A stretch of 63,807 nucleotides of DNA, filler included, from Octopus bimaculoides (Eukaryota): the NCBI RefSeq assembly GCF_001194135.2. It is 5 parts of 5 records of this genome, joined end to end, with 100 filler letters (N's around TTAATTAATTAA, not from the genome) between each part and the next. Parts side by side here need not be neighbours in the genome. Positions count along the whole stretch, not along the records: positions 25,197 to 41,498 come from NC_068995.1; 4 more parts are not named here. One strand, given 5' to 3'. This document shows, one piece after another, positions 25,197-38,400 of the stretch (the stretch's first letter is position 1; every line of letters begins with the position of its first letter). Under the pieces are notes generated by a model. That model was not told the DNA's origin and did not search any database. It was given only the letters and a program-made list of their open reading frames with translations. Both the position numbers and the translations under genes were made by a program.

Positions 25197-25465
25197 TACA
25201 ATGCTATTTCTTGTTGGTACAATGCTATTTCTTGTTGGTACAATGCTATTTCTTGTTGATACAATGCTATTTCTTGTTGGTACAATGCTATTTCTTGCTG
25301 GTACAATGCTATTTCTTGTTGGTACAATGCTATTTCTTGTTGGTACAATGCTATTTATTGTTGATACAATGCTATTTCTTGTTGGTACAATGCTATTTCT
25401 TGTTGGTACAATGATATTTCTTGTTGGTACAATGCTATTTCTTGTTGGTACAATGCTATTTCTTG
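25197..25465. repeat. 21-bp minisatellite (TACAATGCTATTTCTTGTTGG) x ~12.8
   Basis: Head-to-tail units with few substitutions and no spacers. Confidence 0.95.
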
Positions 25466-26339
25466 GGGTCTCACTCGGGAGACATAGAAAATCTTGTGGC
25501 GTCATTGGTTGGGGTGTCATTGGTGTCATTAGTGAGCTTTCTGTTGGGCTCGTTTCCGACGTACTATTATCTGCGTTGCCACACATCATGAATTTTTAAA
25601 GTAATTATTCCTCCCCAACGGGGGGGGGGGGATAAAAAAACAAATGCTTTCAAAAAGCAATTAACAATCTTTAACAGAAAACAATAAATTTTACAATTGC
25701 CGCAAGGCAGTATTACAAAGTGTCCCCAAAAGCGTTCAAAAAGCAATATCACAAGAACTCACAAAATTTTCATCCAGACGGTAAGTCAATGCGGAGTTCG
25801 ATGAATTGCCACCTGTAGTGGAGCTAAAAGATTTAGAACCTTTCATGAGATATTAAAAAGGAAAAAAGTAAAATTGTTTTATTGAAGAAAGAAGGAAAAA
25901 AGTAAAATTGTTTCATCTAAAAAAAACAGTGGTGGAGGTTTGAGCTCTCTGAGTGCTCTTGTTGTTATTGTTGTTGTTATTATTATTACTTATTTATCGA
26001 TGAATTCAAACTAGTGTCCTCATCTTGGGTGTTATAGTCACAATGTTTGGGCCATTATATACTATGGTCTTTATATACTATGGGCCATTATATACTATGG
26101 CCTTTATCACGTGAATATCTTATTCGATAACTTTCTCGGAATTTCGATCTGGGCCCTTTATCAAATTCAAAGAGGTAGATTATCCGCCGTTCATTATAGA
26201 GAGATATGCTTTTACTTATGGTGCAATTTACTCGGTTCGCTCGAATTGGAATTTATGTAGGTTGACAGACACCGAGAACGAACTCATACCCACTAAGTAA
26301 AGTGCAACACATAATACTTAACCAATGCTTATATTCTGT

Positions 26340-26610
26340 GTGTTCGATTCCCAGCAGTGCGTTTCGTCCTTGAGCAAGACACTTTATTTCACGTTGCTCC
26401 AGTCCACTCAGCTGGCAAAAATGAGTTGTACATGTACTTCGAAGGGCCGGCTTTGTCACGTTCTGCGTCACGCTGAATCTCTCTGAAGACTATGTTAAGG
26501 GTTCGCGTGTCTATGAAGTCCTCAGCCACTTGCACATTGATTTCACGAGCAGGCTGTTCCGTTGATCGGATCAACTGGAACCCTCGTCGTCGTAACCATT
26601 GGAGTGGCAT
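26340..26610 (+). mobile_element. Chimeric SINE: CORE-like body plus S1-type tail
   Basis: GTTCGATTCCC...CCTTGAGCAAGACACTT...GCTCCAGTCCACTCAGCTGG, followed by the S1 3' part (CACGAGCAGGCTGTTCCGTTGATC). Confidence 0.75.
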
Positions 26611-26680
26611 ATTCACTATCTCTCTGTTCAGTAGAATAATTAGGCAGATTAATTAAAACTATGGAAAATAGAAGTTTTAA

Positions 26681-26893
26681 CCATTTGAAATTACGAGTTC
26701 GCTTTAGCAAGTGAGATTTTGTTTAAGTATACCCTTAGAAGCCGCAAAAACATGGTTTACGACTCGCTAATCGACAAAAACATTGTTATATTCTGATTAA
26801 ACAAAATCATCATGTGGCTGTTCGGTTTTGCGTCTTCCGGGGGTATAGTCAAACAAAACGTGTTCCCTAAAGCATATTTGGAGGTTCAAAGAG
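26681..26893. mobile_element. Possible TTAA-flanked (piggyBac-type) MITE
   Basis: TTAA|CCATTTGAA ... TTCAAAGAG|TTAA, with short imperfect TIRs. Confidence 0.4.
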
Positions 26894-27002
26894 TTAAATC
26901 TGCAATTTTTATGACCGATGACTTAATATTTTTCTTTCTTCATTAAAGACTCCTATATAGTGTTCAGCTCTATGCTAGGGGAAAAAAAAATATTCGTTTG
27001 GA

Positions 27003-27210
27003 AGATTGTTTTCAAGTTTTGGCTCACGGCCAACAATTTTGAGAGGGGAATCGGTCAATTAGATAGACCCCAGTGTTTCACTGGCACTTATTTTATAGAC
27101 CCCGCGAGAGATGAAAGACAAAGTCGACCTCAGTGGAATTTGAACTCAGGACGCAAAGACGAACGAGATGCCATTAAGCATTTTGCCCAGCCTACCAGCT
27201 TGCCACCCTA
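27003..27210 (-). mobile_element. SINE S2
   Basis: Reverse complement of the S2 body. Confidence 0.7.
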
Positions 27211-27672
27211 ATCTCTTGAATTAGTTATAGCTTGTTGAATAATGAAGAATGATTAATAAATAAAAAGATATACCTTTGTGAAAACAATCACTGCTGAAGT
27301 GGTGATCATTTTTAATTAGACAGACGATAGATTTTTGGCAATAAATTTCTCTCTTTGTTATTGCTGACGCTGAGTTTATTGGGAGTTGATTAAAAATGGT
27401 AATGCTGTCGTGTAATCTGCAATGCCGCACTGAGGGGTTAAAATAGTTGCCAATGTAATTTTAATGTGGTTACTTGTTTGTTTTATATTTTTTACTATTA
27501 TTATAAAGAAACACTTCTTTTCTTAACACACACATAGATACTCAAGTTGAGAAAGTATGGAACTATTATTGTGAAGTATGAACTTGTTAGTTCTTTCGTT
27601 ATACTGATGATTGCGTTTCATTTCACTTCATTTCAATGATTCATTTTATTCAGAAAATAATAAACTTTGCGA

Positions 27673-27756
27673 CATCCCTGTTGAAGGTCGTTTCCATCCC
27701 TGTTGAAGGTCGTTTCCATCCCTGTTGAAGGTCGTTTCCATCCTTGTTGAAGGTCG
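27673..27756. repeat. 22-bp minisatellite (CATCCCTGTTGAAGGTCGTTTC) x 3.8
   Basis: Direct reading, no spacers. Confidence 0.95.
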
Positions 27757-27954
27757 AAAAGAACGTTTCACTTTCCAAGAAATTATTTAACTTATAACGT
27801 CTCCAAAGACAGTTTCTTTATTTGCTTTCTATTTTTTCTACAACAACCTATTTTCGATTTAACATTTTGTTTTCTCTTTCAACAGAATAACTAGTTCTGT
27901 ATGCTAAAACACATGGGACCTGGGAGACTGCACTGTGTCAGTGGCCAAGACACT

Positions 27955-29017
27955 TGTAGTGAAACTACCTATCGTCTCTTCCACCTCGATCGCCATTACA
28001 TACAAAACTACTATCGCCATTACATACATTCTTCTCATTTAAATATAAACACACGCGAGCGTAGCAGAGAACCCATTCCTTGTCATCACGTGACTGATTA
28101 TTATTCGAAGCGGCAACTTCTTCGAACCGTTCCCGCCAGAACGCAAACTGACCAATCACGGCCCCTAATAAGGTCACGTGATAGAGTATGTTTCTGAAGC
28201 CATCGGGAGCCGATAGTTTGTTATAAATAGATCAACTCATACCCAACAAATTTGTCTCGGTTCAGTTTCTCTTAGAGACTGTTCCGTGNNNNNNNNNNNN
28301 NNNNNNNNNNNNNNNNNNNNNNNNNNGACCAACACGATTACTACTAACCAGCATCAATCCCCACCAGCGTCTACACGACTTTCTATGTACACCAATCCAA
28401 ACCACCGCGGCACATCTCTCTCTTCGATTCTGTTAGGTGACTCAGCTTCACCACGATAAATAAACAGACAAGAATTTCAGCCAGCGACGAACATCTGTAT
28501 AACAAGAATCACGGCCCGGCATCGATGCCACGACATCACGACTAGTGATCAGCTATGCCACACTCAGCTTCCCCTCCTTTCACATACAGACTCATACTAT
28601 TGGGTACACAAGAACTGGTATAAAATGCTCATGTGTTATTTACTGACTCTTTGTATCTGCTGTAATAACTCACATACACACACATGTATCACTTACATAC
28701 ACACACATGTATCACTCACATACACACTTTTCTTTGTACGACGGCCTGTCTTTGATTATGTTATTATATGTCGCATTCACACTCACACATAGACATGCAT
28801 CTTTAACGCCATAATAAATATCTCTGTTATTCATCTCATACGGTTGTGGTCTTTCATTACTGGTCATCTATGTTATCGTCGTATAACATATTTGTATATC
28901 ATATTTGATATATATTTTTTTGTGTTCGACCGTGTGACACGTTTAAATAAAAGGAGTCCTCTGTTTTTCCATTCGTCACCATATCTCCTTTTTAAGTTCG
29001 CACGGTCGTTCCTTACA
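27955..29017 (+). mobile_element. Solo LTR (Gypsy-like), inserted in an old CORE-like SINE
   Basis: TGTA...TACA termini and 4-bp TSD CACT (27951-54, 29018-21). CCAAT at 28152, TATAAA at 28222, AATAAA at 28946. The empty site restores CAAGACACTTAAC...GCTGTAAATGGGTA. Confidence 0.75.
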
Positions 29018-30417
29018 CACTTAACTATCAACAGCTACCTGGCTGTAAATGGGTATCCAAGGGTAATAAAACTTGCAATTTTGAAATCACCTTCTGCACG
29101 TCCTGAATATGAAGTCTTCTGATTGGCCTTCAGGCTAATGAGTCATTATCACAAACTATGTAAGGTGAAGTGAGCACGCTCGGTGCGGAGTCTGCGAAAT
29201 GATTTTCATTAGCACCTTGAAGTCAATTCACTTCGCTTATAGCGCCAACACATCTGTGTGTGTGTGTGCGTGCGCGCGTATACGTATGTATGTTACATCT
29301 TCTTTTCACACCCATGTAATGATTATTTTACTGTCAAGAGCACAGAAGAAAATTCTTGATTGACTGTGTCCGGGATCTGGTTTTTAATCTTTTCTACTCA
29401 TCGTATTGTTGTTGTTGTTTATTAAACTAATTAGATCGTTCGAACATGGTGGAGTGGTTTTTCCATTGATTTCTTCATGCTTTCATGAGATACGAAGTCA
29501 GTATTGCAAACTAACAAAACAGTCATCAATTAGAGTATTCACGCTATTTATAGCCTGCCTTACAGAACCTATTTAGAGACAAGCGAATTTGGCCGTGGTT
29601 TGAAGTCTCTTAAACATGTGTGCAATACTGCAGAAGCAGTGGAATATGATCTTAAAATGTCTTGGTTAGTTCTCTGTTCCTATGTGAAGTTGATCGATAA
29701 AATAAACACCAGTCATGTACTCACATAGAGTGTGTAGTATCAATGTAAGCTATAAATGTGTATGTATAGACCCAGATATGGTAAAGAGTTGTGGCCGGTT
29801 TCGGTTCCTGACTGCAGCCATTCAGTAATGATCTTCGAAAAGGCATGAACATTACAACATCTCATTCCTGCTACTGGTATAAATATAGACCTTCTGCCTT
29901 TTTAACTAGTCAGCATAATAATTAGAGAAGAGATGACTTTAATTTCCAGTGGGATTAGAACGTTTCTTCTCCCTTCCTCCTTCTACAAGCTGCTGCTATT
30001 GCTACTGCTGCTGCTACCACTACAGTTACTATAGATGGTCGGAAGCAGGCTGTGTGGTAATCAAGAATAAGTGACGTTCTGTTATACGTTGTATATGAAA
30101 AAAGTAACTTGTTATAAATAATGTAATCAATCTCACCGATGAATGACCTTACGCTGAATTAAAGAAAAGGAAGAAGAAAATCAGTATCGCCAATAATAGC
30201 ATATTGGCATATTTTACTTCGAACGTTTCGCTTGATTAGCAAGCTTTGATAAATTATACAAACATTCTGATCGCTAACATTATTTGAAATACTTTTATCA
30301 CCTTTTCTTTGCAAATGGCAAGTAGCAAAGATCAGTGAACCGTGAAGCGAGGTGGGTTGTGAAGCAGAGATAGCAAGGATTGATTTTTTCTCTCTCTCTC
30401 TCTCTCTCCTCCAAAAC

Positions 30418-30445
30418 ATGAATATCTCAGAGAAGGTGAACAAAG
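30418..30445 (+). CDS. Candidate alternative first coding exon (MNISEK or MNISEKVNK)
   Basis: AAAACATGA start after a (CT)n tract. Two possible donors, AAG|GTGAAC (phase 0) and AAG|GTGAAG (phase 1), both imperfect. Confidence 0.25.
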
Positions 30446-30829
30446 GTGAAGGAGATGGCCGAGACGGGAATGCGTTTGACTAAATACATGTCTATATTTA
30501 GTTTACTCTCCCTTCGTTTCCAGGATACATCTCATTGTGTTTGACTCTGCCTTTATTTATTGCACCAGAGTCAATAAGATAAGTGCAGAAAAACCAACGA
30601 GAAAACATCCATGTGGTCATACGGTCTGTTACAAATAGTAGCCGAATCTCTCTTAAATACACCCTCTAAAGAAACATATTTGAAAGTATACTGCAGGGGA
30701 TACACTATTCTTGAAAACAAATACAATACAAAATATGAAAATGGGTCTGTCAAAGGTGGAATGCATTTATCAGCGCTAAACTGAAACTCAATAACTCAAT
30801 AACAGCAACAAATAACTACCAGAAGTATA

Positions 30830-31026
30830 CGAGGGATGCTGAAAAGTTCCTGGCTTTGCGTCAAAGAAAATACAGGAGGATCAGTTAATTACAATTTTAT
30901 TCAACATATTCCCCTCTCAGACCCACACAATTACTATAGCGGTCCTTCAATTTTTCGAAGCCATGTAAAAGAACTCGAGAAGTTGGGCCTTCAGCCAGGC
31001 CTTAAGAACTTTTCAGTATCCCCTCA
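30830..31026. mobile_element. Mariner-derived MITE
   Basis: TA|CGAGGGATGCTGAAAAGTT ... AACTTTTCAGTATCCCCTCA|TA. Confidence 0.85.
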
Positions 31027-32518
31027 TACTCTATCGATTACATCATGTATGGTTCTTTACAAAAGGGTGGTGGAGACGGAAAAGAAGAGAAATTCTTCAG
31101 CCTATTAAAATAAAATTTGATAAAATGGTTGTAGAAGAGCAATAGTTGTTTCTGCATTATGGGAGTGGGTATGATAGATGTCGGTTTGTATGACTCTAAG
31201 GCAGTCATAATAGAGTAGACTTGTGTCATAAGAGAGTAGACTTTCGTCTATTTTTATGTCTATAGTTTAATTTGGACAACATTGTCCAATACACCCTTCT
31301 TTCTTTAATCTTTCTTTGGTTTGAGGGATATAAATTAATATTTCTAGTAGATCTTGTGGCCATATGAAGGCACCGTCGGTCCTCTTACATACTTTATGGA
31401 GAAACGATCTGAGAATGCGTGATTAAAATTCAGAAGGTAAATATTGATTTGTAGACAGAGCACATCTGTAGACTGAGCATGTCTATACAGGAAAATTTAC
31501 GAGAAAGTTTTCTATTAATCGAAGTTCACAGTCTTTCATGGAAGACGCTGTTCACTGGAAATTATTCCACCTTCTGCTGTACGAAGAGGTCTTTTCTCTG
31601 TGGTATCCATGCAACACAACAAGCTAACGAAATACACATTGTACAATGTCTCTTCTGCTCACAGAATTTAGATAAAACTATCCAGTAGTAGAAATTCATA
31701 TTAAGTAGATTGCACAGGGAAGGTAGTTAGATTTGCCCCTTCTCTCTACTTATGTCTAAAATATTCTTGAACAAGGTGTGATCGTTATATATTTCAATTT
31801 CCCCTGTTTTAAAACCTGTTGACCTCATATCCCATAAATTCGATTTTATTATAGTAATTAAAGTCTGTGAATGAAGCTATGAATTCCATTGTTTATAAAA
31901 TCGATTTTTGTATTTAAAAAAAAACAGGTTTGATTTTCGATTAATTAAAAACACGTTACATTTTGGCTTAAAACATCTTTATTCTGTTCAACTCTTGTAT
32001 TATTGTTGTAAGCATTGGCGTCGATGTTTTTGTTGCACAGCCCCAAGTCAGATGTGACTGCGTAGATCTATAATCAAAATAGTAGTAATTGTAGTAGTAG
32101 TAGTAGTAGTAGTAGTTGTTGTTGTTGCTCCTGCCGCTGTTGCTGCATTAGCAGCGATTAATTTTCACTCAATTTACGAATCATATTCTAACGGAAAAGG
32201 AACGCTGAACATTCATGTTCATTGTATCATCCTCCTCCTTTGATCTGAATTATCCTTGTAAAAACATTCTTTTTTGAACGAGTAGGTTGTGATTTCATTT
32301 CTCAGTTGGAACCGCTTCACTTCACTTACAATGTGCCTCACACCATTTTCCACCACACTACATTAAATTATCTTAAATTTATAGCTAATGTGTAATTATT
32401 CATGAGAACGTATTTTATAGTTTGCTTGCTTTCTCTCTCTCTCTTTTCCCCCTCTCTCTCTTTTCCCCCTCTCTCTCTTTTCCCCCTCTCTCTTTCTTTT
32501 CCCCCTCTCTCTCTGTAT

Positions 32519-32704
32519 TGGTTTTCAGATTGTAGCACAAGGTCAGCAATTTCAGAGGAGGAGCGTTAGTCAATTACATCGACACCAGTGCTTGAGTGGT
32601 ACTTATTTTATCGACCCGGAACGGATGAACTCAGAAAGCAAGGACAGACCAAATGCTGTTAAAAATTTTGCTCAGCATAGTTAACGATTCTGCCAGCTCG
32701 CCGC
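32519..32704 (-). mobile_element. SINE S2 (internally deleted)
   Basis: Reverse complement of the S2 head and body. Confidence 0.7.
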
Positions 32705-32862
32705 GTTGTGTATGTGTATGTTGTGTATGTGTATGTTGTGTGTGTGTGTGTGTGTGTGTTTGAGGATATTGGTTTCAAATTTGTGCCGGGGATAACACAG
32801 GTAACGGACACTGATAGAACATACGGATATTTTATCCCTTAGTCGGTTACTACAACTGCTAA

Positions 32863-32896
<34 letters not shown>

Positions 32897-34444
32897 NNNN
32901 NNNNNNNNNNNNNNNNNNNNNNNNNNNNNNNNNNNNNNNNNNNNNNNNNNNNNNNNNNNNNNNNNNNNNNNNNNNNNNNNNNNNNNNNNNNNNNNNNNNN
33001 NNNNNNNNNNNNNNNNNNNNNNNNNNNNNNNNNNNNNNNNNNNNNNNNNNNNNNNNNNNNNNNNNNNNNNNNNNNNNNNNNNNNNNNNNNNNNNNNNNNN
33101 NNNNNNNNNNNNNNNNNNNNNNNNNNNNNNNNNNNNNNNNNNNNNNNNNNNNNNNNNNNNNNNNNNNNNNNNNNNNNNNNNNNNNNNNNNNNNNNNNNNN
33201 NNNNNNNNNNNNNNNNNNNNNNNNNNNNNNNNNNNNNNNNNNNNNNNNNNNNNNNNNNNNNNNNNNNNNNNNNNNNNNNNNNNNNNNNNNNNNNNNNNNN
33301 NNNNNNNNNNNNNNNNNNNNNNNNNNNNNNNNNNNNNNNNNNNNNNNNNNNNNNNNNNNNNNNNNNNNNNNNNNNNNNNNNNNNNNNNNNNNNNNNNNNN
33401 NNNNNNNNNNNNNNNNNNNNNNNNNNNNNNNNNNNNNNNNNNNNNNNNNNNNNNNNNNNNNNNNNNNNNNNNNNNNNNNNNNNNNNNNNNNNNNNNNNNN
33501 NNNNNNNNNNNNNNNNNNNNNNNNNNNNNNNNNNNNNNNNNNNNNNNNNNNNNNNNNNNNNNNNNNNNNNNNNNNNNNNNNNNNNNNNNNNNNNNNNNNN
33601 NNNNNNNNNNNNNNNNNNNNNNNNNNNNNNNNNNNNNNTTGATTTAGCTATACAATATCTAGCTTTTAAAGCTATGCTTAAAATGTATTCACTTGAAAGA
33701 AAACAAAAATAAAACATCCCTCAAGTTTATTTCACACACACACACACACACGCACACAACACACACACACACACACACGCACACAACACACACACACACA
33801 CAAGAAAATGAGGAATAACTCAGAGATGCCAGTGACATTTATTTAAGCAACAAAATATATGAAATATCATACAATATAAAGTCTTGACTTTTTGAAATTA
33901 TGTGTGAGTTTATTGGTGGAGGATAGTAGAATCAGTTCGGTGCCGAACAAGAGTGTTCCGTGCTTTTAATTCACTATTTTACTACAATTCTGACTGACCT
34001 CATGGTACCCCGCCCACTTTTATCGGCAGAAAATGGCAAGCAAATGTTTAGGTTGAGCATCAGCTATGTCGCCCTTACCAGACTGACAGGGCAAGGTTAG
34101 ATTAACCACTAAACAAAATAAGCCCCATAAAGTTTTTTTCAGGGCTACATTTACCATCGTACTAATAGTAAATTATAACAGTTTATTCTAAAAGTTGAAT
34201 GAAAAAAGGCGAAAATTTGCACTTTTTCCCCCTTACTTTAATTATGAATAAGCAATTTACTCATATCGATTTCCTGCTTCTTAGTGTTAGATAATTAAAA
34301 TTTCAAAAAAGAACGTGTCATATTTAATATAGTTATATGGTTTGGTCTGCAGAATGATCAGGAAAAAAATGTATTTCTGTCTATTATATCACATTCAACA
34401 ATTGTGTTTCACTATCTTGTCAAACAGTTCTCTCTAATATAGGT

Positions 34445-34611
34445 ACAATTTGTGGGGAGGAATAAGTCCATTATATTGGTCCAGGGCTCAACGGGTACTT
34501 ATTCTATCTACTCCGAAAGGATGATAGGCAAAGCCGATCTCAGCGGAATGTGAATTCTAAACGTAAAGCCAGAAGAAACACCTCTAAGTATTTTGTCCGG
34601 CTCGCCGCCAG
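34445..34611 (-). mobile_element. SINE S2, diverged
   Basis: Reverse complement of the S2 body. Confidence 0.6.
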
Positions 34612-36167
34612 ATAATGGATGGGTAGAGAAGTATCCTTGCCGGGCTGTACTTTGTGCATTAGTTGGTTTTAATCCAATTTTGTGGGAGGATGGACGTAGG
34701 TAATGGGCGCTTTCTCCTCAACTAACTTTTTCAAACAGCAGGAAGGCAACTCGAGCTAGAGATAGTATAATCAATAGGTAGCGGGATCCATTTCACATCC
34801 CCTACAGCCCTTATAATGTTTGTAAAGTGGCGAACATCACAAATTTCAGTTCTCCTCTCTCTAAACTATAAGACTTTGTTTTTCATTAAACATTAAAGCT
34901 GTTAATATATACACTTTAACTAGTATTAGTTGACTGTGTCCATAGATCGAATTTAATTTAGATACTTTAATAAACTGATAAAATGATTGTGTACTTCACT
35001 CCTCCAGGACCGATAAATGAAGTTTCTATAATTACTGTTATCTAACAAATCGATTATACCCACCCTAAAATTGATTATATATGGCGTGTAACTAATTAGG
35101 AAATACTTTATGCATCACCGAAATTAGGAATTGCAATGATTTTGATGTTATCCCAGTTCTACTGACAATAAAGTATTTCAGACTACAAGAGGAGGAGCAA
35201 TGTTTTCAGACGTACCACTCTGCTGTTCTTCTTCTATTCCTAAATTAGACACTAATATTTCAATTACAGTCTGTGGACAAATATATAAGTACCATTCTTA
35301 TAAAATCGATTATAAAATCAAAGACTAATTTTTTCCTGTTATTTTTATTCAGTTAAAATTCTGGTTAGAATTTAATTTTTGTTTTCTAAAATATCCTCAC
35401 AGTCTTTGTTTTTTGCCCATTTCTTTATATTTTCGGTACGTTGTCTCTAAATTTACATTTAAGCAAATATAGATTTTTGTTTCCTTGCACAATCTTGGAA
35501 TAATATTAAATTAATTTACCTTCATTCTTCCTTTATAAGCTCAGCATTGGTCGAAGGAAAAAGAAAAGATGGGAATTTAGAAGAGTCTTCTAAGAAGAAG
35601 AAGAAGAAGAAGAAGAATTCCCAAACTAAAGGGTTAATAATTTTATAATGGTGATAATAGTGAGAAGAGGGAGTAGACGGATCAGGAAAATGTTGGGGGA
35701 TGAAGATGATAATACGTATTGCACATAACTATTGAAGCTGTGTATATCGGTACATAAAGAAGCAAGTAAATGACATTTTAAACATCAATACCTCCTTGTA
35801 TCAAATGTGCAAGCGTACTGTGTGTGAATTAATCTAAATATGTAAGTATTCATACGTACCAATCTATCTATCTGTCTGTCTGTCTGTCTGTCTATCTGTC
35901 TGTCTATCTATCTATCTAGATAGATAGATAGACAGATAAATAAACAGATGAGCATCTACGTTGGAACAGACAAATTCACTTTACATAATACTTATTCGAA
36001 CTATTGTCTTCCCAGTTACATAACATCCTCATCCCCTCCACATACACACATATTTTCAACAACGTTGTTTCGGGTTCAGATCTGTTTGGTACCTTGGGCA
36101 AATGTCTTTAACTCTTACTACATTGGAAGTGAATTTTGTATATTGATGCTCGCCGCGCGCGCGCGCG

Positions 36168-36220
<53 letters not shown>

Positions 36221-36758
36221 CGTGTGTATCATCTCCGGCGTATATCGACCAGTGAAAGAAAACCCAAACTGTGTTACTTTTATGAGATAAAGAGTCTTGA
36301 TATACCCCGAGTTACAGACAATCCCTTACAGTTCTCGCTATCATAAATAGAGGTTAACCAGTGATTAACGTATTGGAAATCTGTAATCAAAGACACTACT
36401 GATCACATATTGCAATATAAAATAGCTGTGAGAAAATAGTCTATCACCTACTTGTATGACAAGGTATGTATAAAATCACATACAAATGTTCACAGTTGAG
36501 CACGGACATCCATACTAGTACACGACGTACTATATTAATACGAATGGCCCGAGTGGCAGAAAAAGACACGACAACAATGTCACGGTGAAATCGTTGAATG
36601 ACTGGAACGGATGCATGTTCCAAGCAAATAAACTGAGTCTTTTTGCAGTAGCACTGTTTCGCGTTGCTTGTTGGAAGGCAGATAATAGATGATGGGTTTT
36701 AAATAACTGTCATGATTGGCAACAGAAGAAAAGTGTTACTAATTCCTGATTGATTTAG

Positions 36759-36820
36759 GCGAGGGATGCTCTCGCAGCTCAGGAAGAACGTGAGAAAAGG
36801 AACTATATAGGATACATCAG
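36759..36820 (+). CDS. Candidate 62-nt exon (ARDALAAQEEREKRNYIGYI, phase 0 to 2)
   Basis: TACTAAT branch site, TTTAG acceptor and CAG|GTATTT donor. Only one frame is open and it is protein-like. Confidence 0.45.
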
Positions 36821-37039
36821 GTATTTGTGAATAAATTTTACATATCAACAGCATTTACATGGCAGATTCCAATCCTACACAAGATATGAAAAGGTTCTAG
36901 GCTATTGATTCTATCCATACTAAATAAAATTCTGAAATATTAGCCAAACACCTTATCAAATTGTTGTCATTTCTCCCTGTTTAGTGTTACGTTTCCTCAT
37001 AAACTTGAACAGTTCTGAGTTGAATTTATTCAAGAAAAC

Positions 37040-38400
37040 CATCTGAGATATAACAGAGAGAGGGAAAGGGAGGAGAGACAGACAGGAAAGAGAGAGGGAG
37101 AAAGCTTGGCAAGATGTTTAGTCGCAGGACAATCCCAACAAAGGCGTTCCAGCCTTGACCAACTGACTCTTTAAAGGCATCCAGAATTAAATTATCCGGC
37201 TTCTCTTCTTCCAAGATTGTGAGGTATGGGTGGAGAGACATTGAACTGCTATTCCTAGTAGAACAAGGGACTAAGTAGACGCTTCCTCGCTGCTCGGGTC
37301 TGGATGTGCATTAAATTTCGGCAAACCTCTGATCAATTTAGATCATTCGAAAGTTTTGAATAGGAACGCTGACCTACGTCCAGCCAGTTTTAGTTTTCTG
37401 AAAAGGTATTACTGCATAATAAAGCAGAATCTGCTCTTTGGTCTGAGTAGGCTGCCAACTACCGAAGCCATTTTGCAGTGCACGTTCAGTCCGTCATGAC
37501 GTCTTCCTCATACTACTTCTGTATGGTTTGGCTTCTGAGAAACTTGAGTGTGATGTAAAGTATACCGTTCAAACTGAGACAGAGAGAGCTGCTGTTACTT
37601 GTATAGTTTCGGCTAACTATCTTGTGCTGTCGAAGGGAATATCTAATCAAAATAAAGTGTCTGTTTTTCATTTGTTGTTGAATAAACATATTACTTTTGG
37701 TCTAAACTTACTTTTGCTGCCGACGCCTACAACTTCGCAACTGATAATGCATAGTCATGTGTAAAGGCTGAATTTTACGGGGATTTATGAGCTGCAATTC
37801 TGGGTCAGGTATAGCCGAGTATAGGTGTTTGATATATGGAACGAAGACAGGTGCTCATAGATTTTATCCGATAAGTAATGTGATCTGTAAACTGTCTAAT
37901 ATTTCAAAGAAAGCAAATAGTTAATATGAGGGAAGATAACCCGGCTCTTACTGTAGATATTGTTGAACCAGTCCCCCTGGATAAACTTGAGGCTCATGTA
38001 TAATTTGTAAACCCGGTCCACCTGCCAATGATACCGGAGGAGAATTCACTGTTATTTCAGAATAAGTGTTAAAGATATCCAGTGGACAACTGGACGTGTA
38101 CGAGAGATATAGAAGACAATGAGATCATACCACGCTTACTGATTCAGGGTCAAGATCATTGACATATGAAATAAAGCGAATAGGGTGCTACTGTGTCCAG
38201 AATAGTTCCAGTTATCATCTGAGTCCATAAGAAAGTGGTTCCGTAACCATTGACAATGTCGTTTTCCTCTGCCTGGTAGCTATAGTGAAAGAGGCAGAAT
38301 ATGAAATAGAAGCAGGACAACGCTTCACTTTTCGACCAAACTCCGTCTTTAAATACCACAGAGCCATGGATAGCAATGACAGTTGAATCCAAAGCAAAAT
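37040..38400 (-). pseudogene. Highly decayed LINE RT (CR1/L2-like)
   Basis: Weak remnants IVNG...ITGTILD (resembles VVNG...PQGTILG) and LDAFKESV near the 3' end. Confidence 0.35.

Noticed and set aside
27673-27756. 22-bp and 21-bp direct repeat arrays as possible CRISPR
   Set aside because: There are no unique spacers, the context is eukaryotic and no cas genes are present.
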